NCBI GenBank assembly: GCA_947475205.1
Contig: CANJNG010000002.1
Location: 8,526-72,525, forward strand
DNA length: 64,000 nt
DNA from: Bacteroidota bacterium
Lineage (GTDB): Bacteria; Bacteroidota; Bacteroidia; JAIBAJ01
Direction of reading: 5' to 3'
The notes below the pieces were generated by a model. The model was not told the origin of the DNA and made no database searches. It saw only the letters and a program-made list of their open reading frames with translations. The translations under genes were made by a program, and so were the position numbers. The stretch's first letter is position 1. Each line of letters opens with the position of its first letter. Of this stretch, positions 59,245 through 64,000 are shown piece after piece.

Positions 59245-60360
59245 ATGAAACACCTAATAATTATCTCAACTCTCTTCCTCGTTGCTTGTGGCGGCGGTCA
59301 AGAACAGGACAAAGCAAAACGCTTGGAACAGCTTAAGGCCGACCAAGCAAAAATCAACACCGAAATCCGTACCCTCGAAGCCGAATTGGTGAAGGAAGGC
59401 AAAGGCAACAAGGATAAGCTCCGCGATGTGGTTGTTACTCCTGTGGCTACTGGTAAGTTTGTCCACTACATCGAAATTCAAGGGAAGGTGGAAGCTGACC
59501 AAAACGTGACGGTTACCGCTAAAATGCCTGGCACAGTTACGAAGGTGAGTGCTGAAGTGGGTCAGGAAGTACGTGCGGGACAGGTGCTTGCTGAAATGGA
59601 TAAAGAAGCCATTTCAAAAGGAATTGACGAACTGAAACAACAAATGGTATTTGTGACCGACGTGTATAACCGTCAGCAAAACCTTTGGAACCAAAAAATA
59701 GGTTCTGAGATTCAATACCTCACTGCCAAAAACAACAAAGAGGCCTTAGAGAAAAAGCTTATCACCCTGAATGAACAACAGGACATGGCTTTGATTAAAT
59801 CGCCTATCAGTGGAGTGATTGATGAAGTATATGCAAAGGTAGGCCAACCCGCAGCACCGGGAGCTCCTTCATTCCGTGTGGTGAACTTCAGCGATTTGAA
59901 AGCCCGTGCCGAAGTAGCCGAAATCAATGCTTCAAAAGTGAAGAAAGGCAATCCTGTTCAGGTGAATTTCCCCGATTTAAACGACAGCACTATGGGAACT
60001 GTAAACTATGCTTCTAAGGTTATAAATCCAATGACCCGCACTTTCTTTGTGGAAGTGCCTTTGAAAAGCGGAAAAGCTGAATACCGCCCAAATTCGGTGG
60101 CTATCCTGAAAGTATCGGACTACACTAACGATAAAGCTATAACAGTTCCAATCCGCTTGGTGCAAAACGCCGAAGACGGAATGTATGTTTTGGTGGCTGA
60201 AGACAAAGGCGGAAAGCTTGTCGCTAGCAAAAAGATTATCACTTTAGGTAACAGCTACAATGGTGTTGCCGAAGTGAAATCAGGGCTTACACTTGGTGAT
60301 AAACTTATCACAGTGGGTTATCAGAACGTAAACATTGGAGATCTCCTAAAAGTGAATTGA
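59245..60360 (+). CDS. RND efflux periplasmic adaptor (MFP)
   Basis: Lipobox LVAC, biotinyl-like GQEVRAGQVL, IKSPISG, INPMTRTF. Confidence 0.93.
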   Translation: MKHLIIISTLFLVACGGGQEQDKAKRLEQLKADQAKINTEIRTLEAELVKEGKGNKDKLRDVVVTPVATGKFVHYIEIQGKVEADQNVTVTAKMPGTVTKVSAEVGQEVRAGQVLAEMDKEAISKGIDELKQQMVFVTDVYNRQQNLWNQKIGSEIQYLTAKNNKEALEKKLITLNEQQDMALIKSPISGVIDEVYAKVGQPAAPGAPSFRVVNFSDLKARAEVAEINASKVKKGNPVQVNFPDLNDSTMGTVNYASKVINPMTRTFFVEVPLKSGKAEYRPNSVAILKVSDYTNDKAITVPIRLVQNAEDGMYVLVAEDKGGKLVASKKIITLGNSYNGVAEVKSGLTLGDKLITVGYQNVNIGDLLKVN

Positions 60361-60388
60361 TAATTGATAATTGACAATTGGCTGCCGC
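60355..60388. repeat. left heptamer arm plus core of four-helix-bundle element
   Basis: AATTGAT AATTGAT AATTGAC AATTG, with GGCTGCCGC (60380-60388) directly before ATG. Confidence 0.8.
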
Positions 60389-60775
60389 ATGAATAAACCG
60401 AATCTAATCAAGGATAATAGTTATGCTTTTGCTATTAGGATAGTGAAACTGCGTAAACATATCGAGGAAACAAAACGAGAATTTGTTCTCAGTAAACAAA
60501 TACTTAGGTCGGGCACTTCTGTGGGAGCTTTAGTAAGAGAATCGGAACAAGCAGAATCGAAAGCCGATTTTATTCACAAATTATCAATTGCCCTTAAAGA
60601 AGCAAACGAAACAGAATATTGGTTACTTCTTATGAGAGATACGGATTATCTTTCTATGGAAGAGTTTAATAGCATTCATCCCGATTGCGGAGAATTGATT
60701 CGATTGCTCACAGCAATTATCAAATCTACTAAAGACAATATCAAAAGAAAACAAACACCAAAAGAGAAAGAATAA
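60389..60775 (+). CDS. four helix bundle protein (TIGR02436 / 23S rRNA IVS-protein family)
   Basis: SYAFAIRIV, LSKQILRSGTSVGA, AESKADFIHKLSIALKEANETEYWL. Confidence 0.92.
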   Translation: MNKPNLIKDNSYAFAIRIVKLRKHIEETKREFVLSKQILRSGTSVGALVRESEQAESKADFIHKLSIALKEANETEYWLLLMRDTDYLSMEEFNSIHPDCGELIRLLTAIIKSTKDNIKRKQTPKEKE

Positions 60776-60791
60776 ACCCTGAGTTGCCACT

Positions 60792-60840
60792 ATCAATTGC
60801 TAATTATCCATTGTCAATTGTCAACTGTCAACTGTCAATT
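60792..60840. repeat. right, inverted heptamer arm of four-helix-bundle element (7 units)
   Basis: ATCAATT GCTAATT ATCCATT GTCAATT GTCAACT GTCAACT GTCAATT, reverse complement of left-arm units. Confidence 0.85.
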
Positions 60841-60848
60841 CTAAAAAA

Positions 60849-63800
60849 ATGAAAGACAAGAACAAAGAATTTTTTATCAGTAGCTGGAGTATCGACAACA
60901 AAACGAGCATTTTCGTTATTGCCATACTCGTTACGCTCGTAGGGATATTTTCCTACAACAACCTTCCGAAAGAGAACTTCCCAGAGATAGTAGTACCTAC
61001 TATATATGTAAGTACGATATATCCAGGTGCATCTCCAACGGACATTGAAAACTTGGTGAGCAAACCCATCGAGAAAGAGATTAAATCTATTTCGGGTGTG
61101 AAGAAACTCACTAGCACCAGCATTCAGGATTACTCCATGGTGATGGTGGAATTCAATACTGATATGTCGGTTCCTGAAGCTAAGCAAAAGGTGAAAGATG
61201 CGGTGGATAAAGCCCGTCCCGATCTGCCTTCCGACTTGCCCAAAGAACCTAATGTGGTGGAGGTTGACTTCTCTGAAATGCCGATTATGTATATCAACAT
61301 TTCAGGAGATTTCGATTTGAAAAAACTTAAAGACTACGCCGAACTGATTCAAGACCGTGTGGAGGGGCTGAAAGAAATTACCCGTGTGGATATAGTTGGA
61401 GCCTTAGACAGAGAAATCCAAATCAATGTGGACAAGAACAAGATGGAGGCTGCAAACATTACCCTTCGTGATATTGAAATGGCCGTTGCCTATGAAAACA
61501 TGACTATTTCTGGCGGGATGGTGAAAGACAATGGTGCCACTCGGAGTATCTCAGTAAAAGGAGATTTCAAAAGTGTGGACGAAATTGCCAACATTACTCT
61601 TAGGAGTATGAGCGGTGCAACCATTTTTCTAAAGGATATTGCCGAAGTGAAAGATGGTTTCAAGGATAAAGAAAGCTATGCACGTTTGGCTCACAAGAAC
61701 GTAATCACGCTTAACGTAGTGAAACGCAGCGGTGAAAACCTTATTGAAGCATCCGACAAAATCCGCGACATCATTGCTGATTTACATGAAACTAAATTTC
61801 CGAAAGACCTTAAAATCACCTTAACAGGCGACCAAAGCGATCAAACCCGATTAACACTTCATGACCTTATCAACACTATCGTTATTGGATTTATTTTGGT
61901 AACCATTGTATTGATGTTCTTTATGGGAACCACAAATGCCATATTCGTGGCCATGAGCGTTCCCTTGAGTATGTGTTTGGCCTTTATGGTGATGCCGAGC
62001 ATTGGCTTTACGCTGAATATGATGGTGCTTTTCTCCTTCCTGCTGGCCTTAGGGATAGTGGTGGACGATGCCATTGTGGTAATCGAAAACACCCACCGGC
62101 TTTTCCAAAACGGGAAAGTCAGCATTGTGGATGCCGCCAAGCACGCCACCGGTGAGGTATTCCTTCCCGTACTTTCAGGAACATTTACCACCCTTGCACC
62201 CTTTATTCCTTTGGCGTTCTGGGGCGGTATTATGGGTAAGTTTATGTTCTTCCTTCCCATTACCTTAATTATTACACTTATTGCATCTTTGGTGGTGGCT
62301 TATACCATCAGCCCGGTGTTTGCGGTTATGTTTATGAAACCTCACGTAGAAGGTCATGAGCAAGACAGCGAAGAAAAAGCCCGTGGACGTAAGAGTTTCA
62401 TTGTGGCCACTATCATCTTCTTGGCTGTTGCTGCAATACTATATATAGGCGGGAACTTCGGTGCGGGGAACTTCACCCTTACCATGTTTGTGTTGTTCCT
62501 TTTGAATAAATATGTATTCACGGGAATCATCCAAAACTTCCAAACCAAAGTGTGGCCTAAGTTCCAAAATGCTTATCAAAAATTCATTACTTGGGCTTTA
62601 GAAGGCTGGAAACCTGTATTGCTGATGGTGTTCACAATCTTCCTGCTTATCTTCTCGGTTGTGATTACTGCCGTACGTCAGCCTAAGGTGGTACTGTTCC
62701 CCAAGGCTGACCCTAACTTTCTTTATGTGTTTGTGAATTTGCCTATTGGAACCGATGTTGCCTACACCGACAGCATCACGAAGATTGTAGAAGAACGGGT
62801 TTATAAAGTGTTTGGCGAAAACAATCCGATGGTGTCGAGCATTATCAGCAATGTTGCCATTGGTGCAACCGACCCAAGCGACCAAGACCGAAGCATTGCC
62901 CCGCAAAAGGGTAAAGTGGGCGTTTCTTTTGTACAGTTTGCAAAAAGAAACGGCGAAAGCACAGCTCCTTATTTGGATAAAATCAGGGAAGCGGTAAAAG
63001 GAATTCCGGGAACTGAAATAACAGTTGACCAAGAACGTAACGGCCCGCCAGTGGGTAAACCTGTAAACATTGAGATTGCCGGCGACGATTATGTGGAACT
63101 TATCAAAACTTCGAAGGCTATAAAAAGCTATTTAGATAGTCTGCGTGTACCCGGTGTGGAAGAATTGAAAAGCGACCTCGACGACCGTAAACCCGAAATG
63201 GTGGTGGTGGTGGATCGTGCTCGTGCAAACCGCGAAGGCATCAGCACTGCTCAGATTGGTGGCGAACTTCGGAACGCTATTTACGGAAAAGAAGTGTCGA
63301 AATTTAAAGATGCGAACGATGAGTACCCCATTATGGTGCGTTACCAAAAGGACGAACGCGATAATATTGACCGCATCATGCAGTTGAAAATCACTTACCG
63401 CGACTTCAATATGGGTGGTATGATTCGTCAGATTCCGTTGTCGTCAGTGGCTTCGGTGAAGTATGATAACAGCTATGGAAGTATCCGCCGTAAAAACCAA
63501 AAGAGGGTGATTACCCTAAGTAGTAATGTACTTGGTAACGCAAATCCGAATGAAGTGGTGGCAGCCGTTACGGCAGCTATCGGCAACTTTCCTTTGCCGC
63601 CCGAAGTAACGGTGAGCATGACAGGCGAACAAGAACAGCAAGCTGAAACGTCTACTTTCTTAGGCCGTGCACTGCTTATTTCTATCGGAATTATTGTATT
63701 GACCTTGGTAGCTCAGTTCAACAGCATCAGCAAAATGGTATTGATTATCTCCGAGATATTCCTTTCCATCATTGGTGTATTGCTTGGCTTTGCCATCTTC

Positions 63801-64000
63801 GGTATGGATATATCGGTACTAATGACCGGTGTGGGCATTGTAGCCCTTGCTGGTATTGTTGTAAGAAACGGTATATTGCTGGTGGAGTTCACCGATGTGC
63901 TGATGGAAGAAGGCTACGAATTGAAAGCCGCCATCATCGAAGCCGGAAGAACGCGGATGACGCCGGTACTTCTGACGGCTACGGCTACAATCTTAGGTAT
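60849..64000 (+). CDS. RND efflux permease (AcrB-like); runs off window end
   Basis: Not in ORF track. Hand translation from ATG 60849: LPKENFPEI, YPGASP, GIVVDDAIVV.EN, GIVVRNGILLVEF, RMTPVLLTA. Confidence 0.94.
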   Translation, partial: MKDKNKEFFISSWSIDNKTSIFVIAILVTLVGIFSYNNLPKENFPEIVVPTIYVSTIYPGASPTDIENLVSKPIEKEIKSISGVKKLTSTSIQDYSMVMVEFNTDMSVPEAKQKVKDAVDKARPDLPSDLPKEPNVVEVDFSEMPIMYINISGDFDLKKLKDYAELIQDRVEGLKEITRVDIVGALDREIQINVDKNKMEAANITLRDIEMAVAYENMTISGGMVKDNGATRSISVKGDFKSVDEIANITLRSMSGATIFLKDIAEVKDGFKDKESYARLAHKNVITLNVVKRSGENLIEASDKIRDIIADLHETKFPKDLKITLTGDQSDQTRLTLHDLINTIVIGFILVTIVLMFFMGTTNAIFVAMSVPLSMCLAFMVMPSIGFTLNMMVLFSFLLALGIVVDDAIVVIENTHRLFQNGKVSIVDAAKHATGEVFLPVLSGTFTTLAPFIPLAFWGGIMGKFMFFLPITLIITLIASLVVAYTISPVFAVMFMKPHVEGHEQDSEEKARGRKSFIVATIIFLAVAAILYIGGNFGAGNFTLTMFVLFLLNKYVFTGIIQNFQTKVWPKFQNAYQKFITWALEGWKPVLLMVFTIFLLIFSVVITAVRQPKVVLFPKADPNFLYVFVNLPIGTDVAYTDSITKIVEERVYKVFGENNPMVSSIISNVAIGATDPSDQDRSIAPQKGKVGVSFVQFAKRNGESTAPYLDKIREAVKGIPGTEITVDQERNGPPVGKPVNIEIAGDDYVELIKTSKAIKSYLDSLRVPGVEELKSDLDDRKPEMVVVVDRARANREGISTAQIGGELRNAIYGKEVSKFKDANDEYPIMVRYQKDERDNIDRIMQLKITYRDFNMGGMIRQIPLSSVASVKYDNSYGSIRRKNQKRVITLSSNVLGNANPNEVVAAVTAAIGNFPLPPEVTVSMTGEQEQQAETSTFLGRALLISIGIIVLTLVAQFNSISKMVLIISEIFLSIIGVLLGFAIFGMDISVLMTGVGIVALAGIVVRNGILLVEFTDVLMEEGYELKAAIIEAGRTRMTPVLLTATATILG

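Noticed and set aside
60389-60775. Four-helix protein as Avd of a diversity-generating retroelement
   Set aside because: No reverse transcriptase and no template/variable repeat pair seen in the window.

Overview
Chromosomal window from a Bacteroidota bacterium. Evidence for the phylum: TAnnTTTG -7 promoters, no clear Shine-Dalgarno motifs, and T9SS C-terminal domains. Core genes include rplM-rpsI-rpsB-tsf-pyrH-prmC, rpmB, gltX, miaA, rseP, hutU, preA, a fadJ-like gene, tRNA-Asn, a SulP/beta-carbonic anhydrase pair, a phosphonate-like HAD/DUF5690/FAD-oxidoreductase cluster and a TetR-TolC-MFP-RND efflux operon. An accessory region (~10.7-18.8 kb) carries a fused restriction-modification enzyme, a pseudogene, a 21-bp tandem array, an FN3-like gene and a T9SS beta-propeller gene. 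The strongest unexplained signals are non-coding. (1) A family of intergenic heptamer-repeat inverted repeats shares a CCATCnGGCGGYAGCC core, and one member brackets a four-helix-bundle gene inside the efflux operon. (2) Integron attC-like sites delimit a complete gene cassette, with no integrase in the window. (3) Two unrelated arrays have an exact 21-bp period, one starting at the promoter of an Xre HTH gene with extreme strand bias. All calls are by-eye pattern recognition; no database searches were run.
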